DNA of 63,973 bases, the filler included, from Basidioascus undulatus (lineage: Eukaryota): NCBI GenBank assembly GCA_000826855.1. It is 4 parts of 4 records of this genome, joined end to end, with 100 filler letters (N's around TTAATTAATTAA, not from the genome) between each part and the next. Parts side by side here need not be neighbours in the genome. Positions count along the whole stretch, not along the records: positions 1 to 16,201 come from JTLS01000601.1; 3 more parts are not named here. The stretch is one strand, 5' to 3'. Position 1 is the stretch's first letter, and each line of letters begins with the position of its first letter. The position numbers and the translations under genes are program-made. The notes under the pieces were generated by a model. It searched no databases, was not told the origin of the DNA, and was given only the letters and a program-made list of their open reading frames with translations. Below, piece by piece: positions 1 through 12,101 of the stretch.

Positions 1-1755
1 GGGGGGGGGGGGGGCGCGCGCCAGGGCGCGCTTCGTGAGCCTGGGCGAGATCGAAGGTGCACAATCGGAGTATGTACACCAAGACCACAATGCAAGCACT
101 GCATCGTCGCAATGTCAGTTAAGGTAGACGTGTAACCAACCGGCACGGCATACAGGTGAGCAGCACCACGGCGAGAAACACTTGTAACCAGCTTTTACTT
201 GCAATGTATCTATATCGACGGGCAACGGTATGATAGTGAAACAAACAGGATGGTGCCCGCAGCGATGTCAATAACTTACCTATTTGCTTAACGAACCCGA
301 GGCAGAGATCGCGGAGATGCCGCCAGTAACTGCGCTCCAAGGTAAGTCTCAAGCAGCATGGTAAAGTCGCAAAAATAGAGCTTCGTACCGAATTAAGCTT
401 GAGCAGAGTGGAAACATTGAGACTAAGAATAGTGACTTGATCAAACGCTGGTGCCGGTGGCGATGATACTAAAGACACTTACACAACTACGGAGAGCGTC
501 ACAGCCGCCAAGGACGTAGCGGCAGAGGGGGTACAGCACCATCCCGATTGAAGGCAAGCAGCGCTCCCTGCCGAAGTAGTGACCATTCGAAGTTTGCGCT
601 CACCACATCTTTGGCTGCCACCTGCTCAACACTTTTGTGCTCCCTGGAAGACTATTAGGGCGGTAGAAAAGTACTCACATTTCCATATCAACACGCCAAG
701 CGAGGCAAACAAGAGGCCCTTGATGACCTCGGAGTCACGAACGAGCTCTTCGGGTGAGTTCCAGTCTACCACCAAGCGCGACGAGGGATGAGGACTACAG
801 AAATGTCTGGTGGTAGCGGAAGGGAGCCAGCCTTTTGATCGTGCGGGGACACTACACTAAATGAACGTGCGCTGCCTGCTAAGTAACAGCGAGCCTTCGG
901 AAACTGGCAGAAACTTGGGAAGCTTTGAGACATACACAATATGACAAATATATAGCTACATCTTCTAGCCCTTGGAATTACTGCTGGGAAGCTACGTATG
1001 ATCATGGGGTCCCGGAATCAGGGCAGGAGTGATTCCGTCGGATGGGTGCGGGCAATGCGGAGCGAGCATATGCCAACCAACCGGGCTTCGGAGTGCTTTG
1101 GAGTTCAGTACAGGGTTCATGTTACTGTACATCAAGAACAATTGTACAGTTAAAACGTTGGTGAAGGTCATCGAGGCCCTCGGAAAACGATTCTTGGATG
1201 TGGGGAAGCGGAATGCTTAGATGCTGCGAGCCGACTACTCTGGAGGGAGTATGACGGAAATGCTACATTAATACACAAAGGAGCAGTATGTAGGTTTTGA
1301 GTTGCTTTGAGGAGTACCTCAAGCATAGATGTACATTGCAGTCGTAGTTCCTGCAGCTGCTGACCAAGCAGTGCTGCACATGGAGCGGCTCTTCAGACCT
1401 TTCGAGCACCGTCTATGTAAGTGCCTTGATGCACATGAGCCAACTTGAGGCAACCATGTGACTTTTTCCAGAACCCTGGGGAAGTTTTCAAACACGTATG
1501 GACACGGGCACTCACTGGATTGAACAATATCAAGTGTCGACCACGGCATGTCGCGATCTGCGACGCATCGTACCTGGAACTTGGCCTCCGCTGCCGGCGC
1601 CCGAGACATGCCGAATGAGCGAGGATCAGAATAGGATATGACGTGTATTCTGTGTACTGGCTGTCGTTCGAGGCTACTTTCGAGCAGACGCCTTCATCGG
1701 AGCCCTTCCTTCCACAAACCCCACCACTGCCTACTTTGCTATTCACGCTGGGAGC

Positions 1756-3003
1756 ATGCCCTTCACTTCACTTGATTATGTTCTCTCGAGCGTGTGGGAT
1801 TCCGGGAAGGGCCATTTTGGGGCGACAGTTGCATTAGCTGTCAATCGGTCGGGTCAAACCCTCCATTCTGGAGTTGCGGGTGAAGCGTCGAAGTGGATCT
1901 TGTCATTTGGTGGCAGAGCTGGACGCTGGCACGTTGAGAAAGGGTCCGACCCAAATACTCATGCCCCGTAAGTTACTCCCCAGGACTCGGCATTCTGGTG
2001 GGCTAGCATTACCAAGCTCGTTACTGAGCTACACGAGCGGGATGCCCTACTCGTTCTTCGAGCCGCTGCTCAACGATGGGCGATTGAGAATGGACCCGCT
2101 CGCTGGGGCAAATGTGCGTGCTGTTTGTCTTTCGCTGTCCGGTGAAAGCACGCTCACTTTCTATCGTTATTTCCTTCGCCAGGGCTCCTTCAAGCACCCG
2201 CGCCGATTCAAAGCCCGCGTCAAGTCGACCTACGGAACTGGTATGTGCCAAACGCTGGAGGTGAAATTTTGGGCATATCGGCGCTGAACTTCGCCATCAT
2301 GCCTGGACTGGGCCGGCCACCTCATCGCTACGGTGATGATGAAGAGCCCGGACAGTATTTCCAGAAGGCTATCCAAATCCACTCAATATGGGCAGCACCG
2401 GGTACGTTCCTTCGAGCGGCCTTCCGAGCTACTTGATTTCACAAAAAGACTTGGTTTACCTCTCTATCACAGATTCCGTCTCACCCCGGACATGCAGTCG
2501 CGCTTCGTCGGCCTGCTCAGGCGGCTGCCGCACGGTTCCCGCATCAAGACGGAGGATTTCCTTCCACTACGCATTACCTTCGAGTCGGGAGGCAGCTGTC
2601 TATTCGGCTCAGCGTCAGACTTTTCTCAGCTTATATTGTGCCTGCTGAACGAGGGCAAACATCGTGCGTCTTTCCATGACAAGATCCCTTGGAGGACCGG
2701 CGTGCTCCATAACTGTGCTGTACCGTACCCTTACGCTCTCAGCTCTTACTGGGGATCGAATCCTCAGCCCCGAGTCCACGGCCGCCCTCAAATCTCCCCA
2801 GCTTTCCGAAGGTGTGGTCGCCAGTCTCGAAGAACCGGCCATGGGCAGCCCCGTCATGGAAACATTAATTCATTCTCGCGGCGGGCACATGCAAAGCTTG
2901 GGCGGGCTTAGTTCCCAAGTGTGCCGCTGCAGTACTGTCATGATCAGAGTCTGGAAACTTAATCCGTCCGTTGCACGTTTCCTGACGTTCAACCTGCCCT
3001 AAG
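1756..3003 (+). pseudogene. Degenerate beta-lactamase-fold serine hydrolase (LovD/EstB-like esterase)
   Basis: Family-like motifs occur in the expected order but in different frames: LLSYTSGMPY (cf. LLTHTSG), STYGTG, GQYFQKAI, FRLTPDMQSR and FESGGSCLFGSASDFSQLILCLLNEG (cf. GGGGLxSTxxDY..LL..G). No clean spliced model or intact SxxK motif was found. Confidence 0.5.
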
Positions 3004-5030
3004 TTGTCGCTGGTACTATTATGCCGACCTCATTCCTTACGCTTGGGCTTGAATAGGGCTCCGGTGTGTTTAGCAACGTAAATTGGCAGATGAACGACTG
3101 CATTCATGCCTGAGGCGGTCCAGATGCATCGAGTCGGTTTGGTCAATCTGTCTAAGCGGCTGTACCAGGACCGGGATGGAAGACGCGCAAAATTATGTTT
3201 CATAATCAGCTCTGAAGTTTTTGTATTTAGCGGTCTATGGAGTGTATCGGAGGCACAAAGTCCTGAAATGGGACGTTCAGGTGCCCGTGGGCTAAATGCT
3301 ACGCAGGAGCCCAGCCTTCAAGGCCCTGTTCTTGGACCTCTGGGACAAGGTCTTGAGAGCGATATCCCCCCCCCCACCCCAGTCAATTTCGTTCGCCAAT
3401 TCTGGGGGGGGAAATCTCCCGGCTGTCGCCGTGATGTGTCTACGGTATTGTTCTTCTGCCTATAGAATGTAATGATTTACTTTGCATTAATGTACAACTC
3501 TTTTCTTATTTGCTGGTCCTGCACTGGCTTCAATGGGTCCATCAATTGGATAAGGACAAGGCAGGACAGGAACCGCTTCAAGCTCGAACCGCTGAGTGTC
3601 CGTGGCCGCTAAGTGGAGAGTGTCAAGACGGCTCCAGTCAAGTGCACCTGCAACATTGGATGAACCAAAGGTGTAGGTGAGTGAGATTTGGTTGAGAGTG
3701 TGACAGCTGCAGCTGTGCTCTGTGGCGGATCCGGACTACGCTGCGGCCTGCGGTGAACTGTGCTCTGTGCTTGCATTGTTTTTCGCAACTAAGGTTCCCT
3801 CAAGCACAGGTATTAAGCCCATGACTACCGCAATTTCAGCTTTCGGCTCTGTACCTTCCGGTATTTCCCTCACTATTACCCAGCGCGGTTCGCCAATGCT
3901 TTTCTCTCGCCTCGCGTGGATTGCTATGTTTCCGCACCATGCTTTTCTTCATGGGATATATCAAAGAACATGAGCAGGTATATTTCAATGAACATTTCCC
4001 CAGGAGTGAATCGGAGCAAGGTGGCACTTTCCTGTCCATCAGGTGAGACTGCTCGAGACTCCAGCGGCCTGCATTGCGATCCACGTATTCGCACAAAGAT
4101 CGTCATTAGGAACAGCTCACAGCTTGTGTCCTGTATTTTGAAAGTTTAGCTTCTGGAATCATATTTCTTGAGCTAGCCTGATCCTTCCGAGCCGGAGCCA
4201 GGTTAGCCGTGAAAGCGGTTAGCCTGGCGGAGACGCTGGAAGGTCCTGTCGTCAAGTTGTGCAATAGAAGGTAGATCTAAGGGGACGTCCATTTTTGAGG
4301 CCATGTATGCACAACCGATTTGCAAACTGCAGGCATTGACGTGGGAGCTGTCTGACCAGTCAACTTAAAAGGTCAAATTGGTTGAAAATATTGCCAGCTG
4401 CCTGAGGGCCAGGTGCGCGCGGAGCCCCTTATGTATTTAAGAACCGCTTTTAATTTTGGGAGAGTGAGAGTCGGATATGTATGGTACAAGCAGATATGCG
4501 ATTGAGCTGAAGGTGGAAAGGTCTCGACTGTCCGGTGTTTGTTTGCCGCTCGAAAGAGGGCATGGGCGGCAACGCGTGTGTCATTTCGCTGACGAAGGCT
4601 CGCCGCGTCGCTCGCGAACTCGCGAATGCCGCTTGCGCTCCGCTCATATCGAGCTCGACTAGCATTCTGTGCTCAAACTTGCAACAACTGCAACACAGCA
4701 GCAGCCAGGACTGCTGTACGTCGACCGCTCAATCTATCAAGGTGAGCCCGAAAGTGCGGAATCCTCCCAACACTGGCTTGCCCAGCCCCTTGGAGCCGGA
4801 ATCGCGAGCAATCCGTAGGCGAGTACGGCTTTGGTCGTCGTTGGGTGAATGGGATGACGCTCTGTAATGAGCAGATGCGTCCATGAATGGGAGTGTTCCT
4901 TGAAGCTTGTTAAGGGGGCGGCAACGCTGTGATGAGGCTGGCACTGGCTCAACTCCTTCTGATACTCATTCTGGCTGCCCGTATTGATCCACCGCTTGCC
5001 CCGACACACAGACCTCAACATATATACACG

Positions 5031-7379
5031 ATGGAGGATTCTGTGACCATCGAGGAGGCGACCGTCACCGTCCAGCCTGACTTCTCGTTCGTCCCTCCTT
5101 CCCGTCGTTCTCTCCGCTCCGACCTCCCTCTTGCTGAATACCTTTATCTTTCCCCAGGCAACGCCCAGACGCGTACGCCTGTCCAGAATCAAGTCGGAGG
5201 CTCCGGACTAACTCTCTTTCCTCCCGTAACAGCAAGACCCGCCGGTACGACCGCCAACTTCGGTGCGCTTCCTTGGTCGCCGTCTCAAACCGTGACCGAG
5301 AAACACTGACATCCCGTCTTGACAGTCTTTGGGCTGCTGCAGGACAGTCTGCGCTGGAGCAGGCCCGCGTGCTTGTGATCAACGGCACCGCATCCGCCAC
5401 CGCGACGCTCAAGAACCTCGTCCTTCCAGGTAGGTTGCTCACTTCGTGTCCGGCCGCAAGCCCGCGAACTCACTTGGGGATTTTACACCGTAGGAATCGG
5501 CCACTTCACCGTCCTCGATCCCGCAACCGTCACGGGCGCGGACATCGGCAACAACTTCTTCCTCGAGCCGAGCAGCCTTGGAAAGCCTCGCGCTGAGGAG
5601 GTTGTGCGCCTGTTGAAGGAGATGAACGATGGCGTGGAGGGAACGGCGGTGGTCAAGGTGCGTGCTTCCGCTGACATCACCAATTAAGGGCGACTGAGGA
5701 CTGACTCAAATGGTTTGCAGGACGCATCGGAGCTCCTCGCGTCTGATCCGTTTTTCTTCACCACGTTCACCCTCATCATCGCCTCCGACGTCACGCCCGA
5801 TCAGGCACGAGCCATCTCCGACCACGCGTGGCAGGCGCACATTTCGCTTCTTCTCATCCGCACCGCCGGGTTCCTCGGCTATCTCCGTCTGCAGGTCAAC
5901 GAGCACACTGGTATGTGGCTCACGTCCGCCTTGTCTTCAGTGCTGGAAGAAGCTCACGCGGTTTCGCAGTCGTCGACACGCACCCCGATGCAATCGTCGA
6001 CCTCCGCCTCGATCAGCCCTTCCCGGCCTTGCTCGCGCACGCGCAGTCTTTCGACCTCGAGAGCATGACGAGTGCGGATCACTCGCACGTTCCTTACGTC
6101 GTGCTGCTCATAAAGTATCTGGAGGAATGGAAGGCGACGGTGAGCCTCGCAATCCCGCTGGGTTTCTAACCCTCTGCGCCTGGACTAATTTTCTCTTTCT
6201 ATGGGTAGCATGGTGGCAATCCTCCGGGCACCTACGCGGAGAAGAAGGAGTTCAAGGAGCTGCTGAAGAAGGGCAAGCGGCAATCGGACGAGGAGAACTT
6301 TGACGAGGCTGAGGCGCAGGCATGGAGAGCGTTCCAGCCGACCAATGTGCGCAGCTCTTGGTACACCGAGTCTTTTGCGATATGCGGCTGACCGCTGTTA
6401 CACAGATCCCGAGCGAGATCGAGAAGCTCTTCGCTGACCCTGCTTGCGAAAACATCAGCGCTAAGGTAAGCTGCTTCGACTCACTCTCTTCCCTTCGTCA
6501 TACGAGCTCAATCATACGCAAACGCTGCAGTCCTCTCCCTTCTGGCTGCTCGTGCGCGCACTTCGGACCTTCGCCCGGACGACGTCCCACCTCCCGCTGC
6601 CTGGCGTCTTGCCCGACATGCGCGCCGACACCGCGCGGTACGTCGCCCTGCAGACTATCTACAAGACGCAGGCGCGCGCAGATCTCGCGGCCGTGCGCCG
6701 CGCGCTCGACGAGGTACTCGACGAGGTCGGCTTGCCGCGCGAGACCGTCGGCGAGGCGGAGCTGGTCGTGTTTGTCAAGAACGCCGCGTTCTTGAAGGTG
6801 TTCAGGGGCAGGAAGTTGAAGGACGAGCTGCAGACGGCGAGGAAGGTGGACCTGATCAGTGCGTATTTTCAGGTCTTTCCATCTTTGACATACGTGCTGA
6901 TCCATGGTCGGGCAATTGCAGAGTCGGGCATTGCTGATGAGCCGAGCCCCTCTCCGCTCGCGCACTACGTCGCCCTTCTCGCCGCCGACAACTTCTACGC
7001 CGAGCACAAGCGTTGGCCCGGCGCGGACAAGTCGGTAGATTTCGATGCGGAGACGGCCGCGCTCGAGCGCGCGGCGGGTGCAGTCGTCGCGGAGCTAGGC
7101 ATCGAGGGCGGCGTCCCGGACGAGGCCAAGCCAGCGCTTGGCGAGCTGTGCGTATTCGCTTGTCGCAGCTGCCCAAGACCTCGATAGCGGACATATTGAA
7201 CGGCGTGGTGTGTTTACAGGGCACGCGCGGGCGCGAGCGACCTCCCCAACACTGCGGCGTTCATGGGCGGCCTCGTCGCGCAGGAGGCGATCAAGCTCCT
7301 GACGGCGCAGTACATCCCGATCAACAACACGTGCATCGTCGACTTGATCAAGAGCACGACGGCCGTGTTCGAGCTGTAG
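5031..7379 (+). CDS. ULA1: NEDD8-activating enzyme E1 regulatory subunit (APPBP1/NAE1/Ula1), multi-exon
   Basis: Spliced peptides: [104 protein letters not shown] and [31 protein letters not shown] at 5031, TAG at 7377-7379. Confidence 0.95.
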
Positions 7380-7404
7380 ATTGACTACGCTTCTCTTCCA
7401 TACA

Positions 7405-8173
7405 TCACCCGCACACGAGCCGCTTCTTTGACATGCCTGATGCAACACACCCGCATTTATACCCTTTCTTTGTCCAGCTGTGAAGACCATGTCTCTGTGC
7501 CTCCGCATGCTGCGTGTGGGTATATCTACTACGAATCCAAGGTGCTATCAACCATTTGCACCTGCTCGCTCGCGTTAGGCTGTATGCCATACGCCGCCCA
7601 TTGCCGTTTCGACTCTCCTCAGCTTCCCTGGCCTCTCGTAGCTTATCACCGAAAGCGCTTGCCGTCCCCTCTTTCCCTGCCTTTCGCCAGCGGGCGATCA
7701 GCGCGGCGTCCGCGTAGCGTTCGTTGACAAGCCAGTCGAGCAGGGCGCGCGAAATCTGTGTGTAGGAAGCGGTCGTTAACTGTGAGTCCCGGGCGGAGAA
7801 AAAGTGTGTAAGCGTGCCAGCTCGCGTTTGTAGTGCAGATCGAAAATGTAGCGGCTGCGCCTTCGGTTCACCTCCATGACACGAGAGGTGAGGTCTTTCT
7901 TGCGCTTCCCTAGAAGGAACGACCGTGAGCTGGAGGCTGCAGGTGGACCCACGCTAAACTGCAGGTCGAGAGAACAGACTAATCAACAGACCTTCGTGAG
8001 CTTCGTTTTTGGCTTCTCTCATCTCCAAGGCGTATTCTGAAGGCATTTCCGCAACCTTGAGCGAAAGAGGCTCGCGAGGGGATGAAGAGAGGGCACACAC
8101 CTTCGAGGATCTGTTCGATGGCCTCAAACCCTGGGGGAGGCGGCCGCGTGCGGTTTGTGCGGATTTTCGGCAT
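7405..8173 (-). CDS. BUD31: BUD31/G10-like splicing factor, divergent, with the C-terminal Cys cluster missing (possibly decaying)
   Basis: Four exons give MPKIRTNRTRPPPPGFEAIEQILEEYALEMREAKNEAHEGKRKKDLTSRVMEVNRRRSRYIFDLHYKRELISRALLDWLVNERYADAALIARWRK, followed by unrelated sequence. The 3' end is uncertain. Confidence 0.75.
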
Positions 8174-9559
8174 AGCGTGTTTGTCAGGGGTCAGAGTAAA
8201 CTATGATGATGGTTATGAAGGGGTTGATAAAGTGTCGCAAGGAATAAAAAGGAAGGCATGTTGTTGAGGCGGTCGGTTACCGTGGGCATATCAGAGGTAC
8301 CGTTGCGGTCGCAGTGTCAGCAGCAATCTTTACGGTAATAACTTAAGCACTGTATAGGTTCGGTCACGTTACCATTCATCATTCGACGCCCTGAATGCCA
8401 CGCATAAGATAAGTATTGAGGTGATCAACGTGAGTTGTGCCTATGTGACACAGTCCATCTTCCAACTGGTGTTGGCGCTCGAGGAACGTAATGTCAGCTC
8501 CCAGAAACAAACCGCAAAACACCCTTTCCCCGAAATGTTGACCTCTTATTGTAACTTCCCCAAATGACACTGCAAGTGCTGTTGGAGCCCAGAGTAAATG
8601 GGCTGTGCTTGCAGCAGTTTCGCATTGTGGAAGGTTTCAGTGAATGCTTCACCATTACAACACATCAGGGTCCATACTTCGGAAACAGTGTTTCAACCCC
8701 AGCGCATTTTGCGAAGATCACGGCAGCAACCCCTACACCCCTACAGTTCTTCGAACCCTGCGCTTCGCAGTCTTCAACGCGCCGGCCTGTGCAGCTGCTC
8801 GACAGAGCTTTGCGCTCGGTTGTGATTTTCCCATATGTCAAGTCTCCTATGTTTCTTGCACGTGTTCCACACACACACACATGTGCACACACTGCCATAG
8901 GATAGCCCGCCCCGCATGCCGAACCTGCAGCTGGTGTGATAAGTCTTCGGTAAATGACACGGCGCACAGTTCAGTAATTCAACTCTCACCATGCTCGAAA
9001 TTTCGATGGCTCGTCTGGAAGAGAGCCATAAATTTATCATCCGTCTTCCACTAGCACTGTCCAGAGCCAACTTGCTTCCAATGCAGGCTGTCAGGTCGCG
9101 CCTGGACTTGATAGACCGGCACTCCTCCAGCTTACGCTTCTGCTTGGCTCTACTAGGGCATCCGAATAAGCTTGGTGCACTGTTCATTGCTAAGTACGGT
9201 GCTGAGGTGCGAATGAATAAGTTTTGAAAGCATCTATGTTTGGCATCGGGTTTGTCCGGCACTTTCGTGGACTAATGAAATTGACTGAGTGTTATGCGCT
9301 GTCGAGTTGGCGCATGGGGTTTCTTCAAACATGGGATATTTGTTATTGGGTAAGATGAAGATTGCTGCCACTCTCTTCTGCCGACTGTCAAACTTGGTGT
9401 GCGAGGGCCGCGGACGGTCCTCGGACAGAGCAGTGCGTGGTCTGCCAACCAATGCCAACCAACAACGCTACGTTTGCCCTTTGCTTCGACCATTACACCC
9501 GTCCGCGTCTTCATTGGCTCTTCGTTGGTTTCGGCATCTCGGTCTACATACAAAGTTCA

Positions 9560-11188
9560 ATGTCGAATGCTTCCGATCCGTCTCGTTCCAAGAGACGCTG
9601 GCTGCGCGCCAACAACATCATCGGCAAATGCGTACCTCCTCTCGTTTTGCTCTTTATGTGGTAAACGTTCAGCCTCGAGGACTGAAAGAGTTTCTTTAAG
9701 CTCACAACAAGGCCTTCCAGGAAGGGGTGGAAGTTGTGTACTTTCGAGATTGGGAGTACGTCTATCCGGCTCCCGTCACCGCGCTTCCGTGCAGGCTGAA
9801 TACTCTCTCGCAGTCGATTATCTGACCCGCAAACAGTGTCTCACCGTCCTTGGACCTCTCTACATCACGTCTTTCAATGTCATCTTCGTGCCTACGGTGG
9901 TGGCCTACCTACGCGTTTACTTCGCGCCGGCGAACCACTCTATCCCGCCTAGAGAACCGCCTCTTTCGGTCCGCGAGAAGCGGGTCGTACACGAGGTCGA
10001 TGGGCCGGACGGACAGGTCAGGCGATGCTGGAGGGACGACTGCCGGGGAAGGTGGAAACCGTGTAAGCCGCTGTGCTACTGGGCGAGGCTAATGCTGATC
10101 CTTTCTAGCTGCGCCTCGATAGCGAAGACCCGGCATTGTGGTTCTTGCGGTGTCTGCCGAACAGAATTCGATCATCACGTACGGTTTCTCGTTCTCTCAA
10201 GGTTATTTTCGATGCTAAATGTTGCTCGCAGTGTCCATGGGTACGCGTGTTCCCCATTCTGCAGTGCCAGGTCGTAGTCTGACTCCCCTTTAGTTTGACG
10301 GCTGCATATCCAGCTCGACTCTCCGGCCCTTCCTCATCAGTCTCCTCCTCGCACCCCCGCTCATCTTCCTCGGTGTCGCGCCCATCCTCTCTCTCTTCCG
10401 GGCGCACCTTGCCGCCGTTGTCCGATCCTCCGCAACGGCCCCGTGGATCCGGAGCGTCTGGTGGGACCGCTGGTGGAGCTGGGTGCCCGGCCCAGTAGGA
10501 TGGTGGGCTATCCGTGTTGGACTTGGCTTCTGGCGGTGGGATGGTCTGCCGGGAAGAGGCGTGGACGAGCCGAGGGCGGACGTGGCGCTCATGGTGCTGT
10601 GCGGGGTGGGGATCAGCTTGATCGCACTTGTGCGTCGTGATTTCTTTGCTGATAAATGACCGCCGCGGGAGAACGCTCACGGACGACCAATCCCCAGGGT
10701 CTCTTATACACCACTCTTAGCGGGATCTTCTCCTCATCTTCCACTATCGACGTCCAGCGCGCAAGGTCCTATAACGCCCTCCAAACGGCGCTCGCGGCGC
10801 TCGCATCCCCCTCCGAATCATCCGCCCTCCTCGCGGCGCAGAACGAGCAGAAGCACCACGACTTGGACGAACGCTCTAAGGCTCTGGATCCGCGTGTGTG
10901 GGTTTGGGTGCCGCTGGAGGGTGTGAAGGGGAGGGTTGTGAGGACGCGGGCGGAGGACAGGGTGTGGGACTTGGGGTGCAGACGGAATTGGGAAGAGGCG
11001 GTTGGTAGAGGATTATTTGGTACGTGTGCGGGCTGTGGTGACCCCAAAGAAGTGGGGTCGTACTGATGGTCATTTGTCGGGACGGGGGACCGTTAGGTGC
11101 GCGCACGTCTGACCCAACGTTGCCGCGTCTGAGCCCCACAGTCATGGAGCGCTTGCAGCGCGAGGCGGAGCGGAGCGCCTTCGGTTGA
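9560..11188 (+). CDS. DHHC zinc-finger protein S-palmitoyltransferase, multi-exon
   Basis: RRCWRDDCRGRWKP..KTRHCGSCGVCRTEFDHH|CPW|FDGCI across exons, flanked by hydrophobic segments, with a C-terminal WDLGCRRNW motif. The start codon is tentative. Confidence 0.85.
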
Positions 11189-12101
11189 TTCCAGCGATAC
11201 ATAGAATGGTCTTTCGGCGTCGCTGTGGGTGTCCCGCAAAAGGTGCACGCACACACTAAGGTTCTGGACAATCGTTGACGGAAGGCCTGCTTGGTACGAA
11301 ATCTGGGGCTGACGTGAGCCTCTTCGGCGACGTGCCGTCCACATGGATGAGGTTTAACATCCAGATAAATTTACCGATGTGTTTGCCAGTGCGAGACGAA
11401 CCAATAGTCCTCCCTCGTCGCAATTGACAGCGGCAGTTTGGTTGTGTCAGTTTTGTGCATGAAGAATCAGTGGCTCGCTTTACGCTGGCTACGAGCTTGC
11501 ACTGGGTTTCATTCTTCATTTCAAAGACCTTCCCATTTCAGACAAACTTTTTGCTTTGAGACTTCCGCACTGTCGAGTAATCTTGGGTTAATATCCTCGC
11601 CTTTACTGCGCTGGGTTTAATTTGGAGTGCAGGCCCGCGAATACGAACTGCTGTCCTCTTCATTAGCATGTTTTTCACACCGTCGGCTCTATTGGTTTGA
11701 ATTTCCAAGCGCAGCAGCTGTACTGTAGCTCAAGATACCCAGAAAAATTGCGAATCGAAGTCTTGCATGGCAACTTGGGTAACTGGTACATTTGGTGGGC
11801 GCTTCTCAAGGGGTTTCACTTGAATGGATAGGCGATCGTTTGGGAAATCGGAGTCAATTAATGAGCTACGAGCTATGAAGATCGTTGCTGAAAACCAGAC
11901 GATGCAGGATGGATGCAGCAGGCACGAATTCATTGCAGCGGGCGGCGATTCGCGGACGAGCGCGTCTTCGCGTGCGCCTGGCGCCGTCATGGACGTCGTT
12001 GCTCCTCTCGTCTTTGCCATCACCGCCGCCGTCCTGGGCTCGTCCCGCGCTCCTTTCTTTCGCTCCGCCTCTGCCCAGTCTACCACCGCATCTTGAGTCA
12101 G

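Noticed and set aside
1..1750. Short ORFs in the leftmost region (similarly 8300-9450 and 62000-63973)
   Set aside because: No recognisable family motif or consistent exon structure. They may be old relics, but I cannot support a call.
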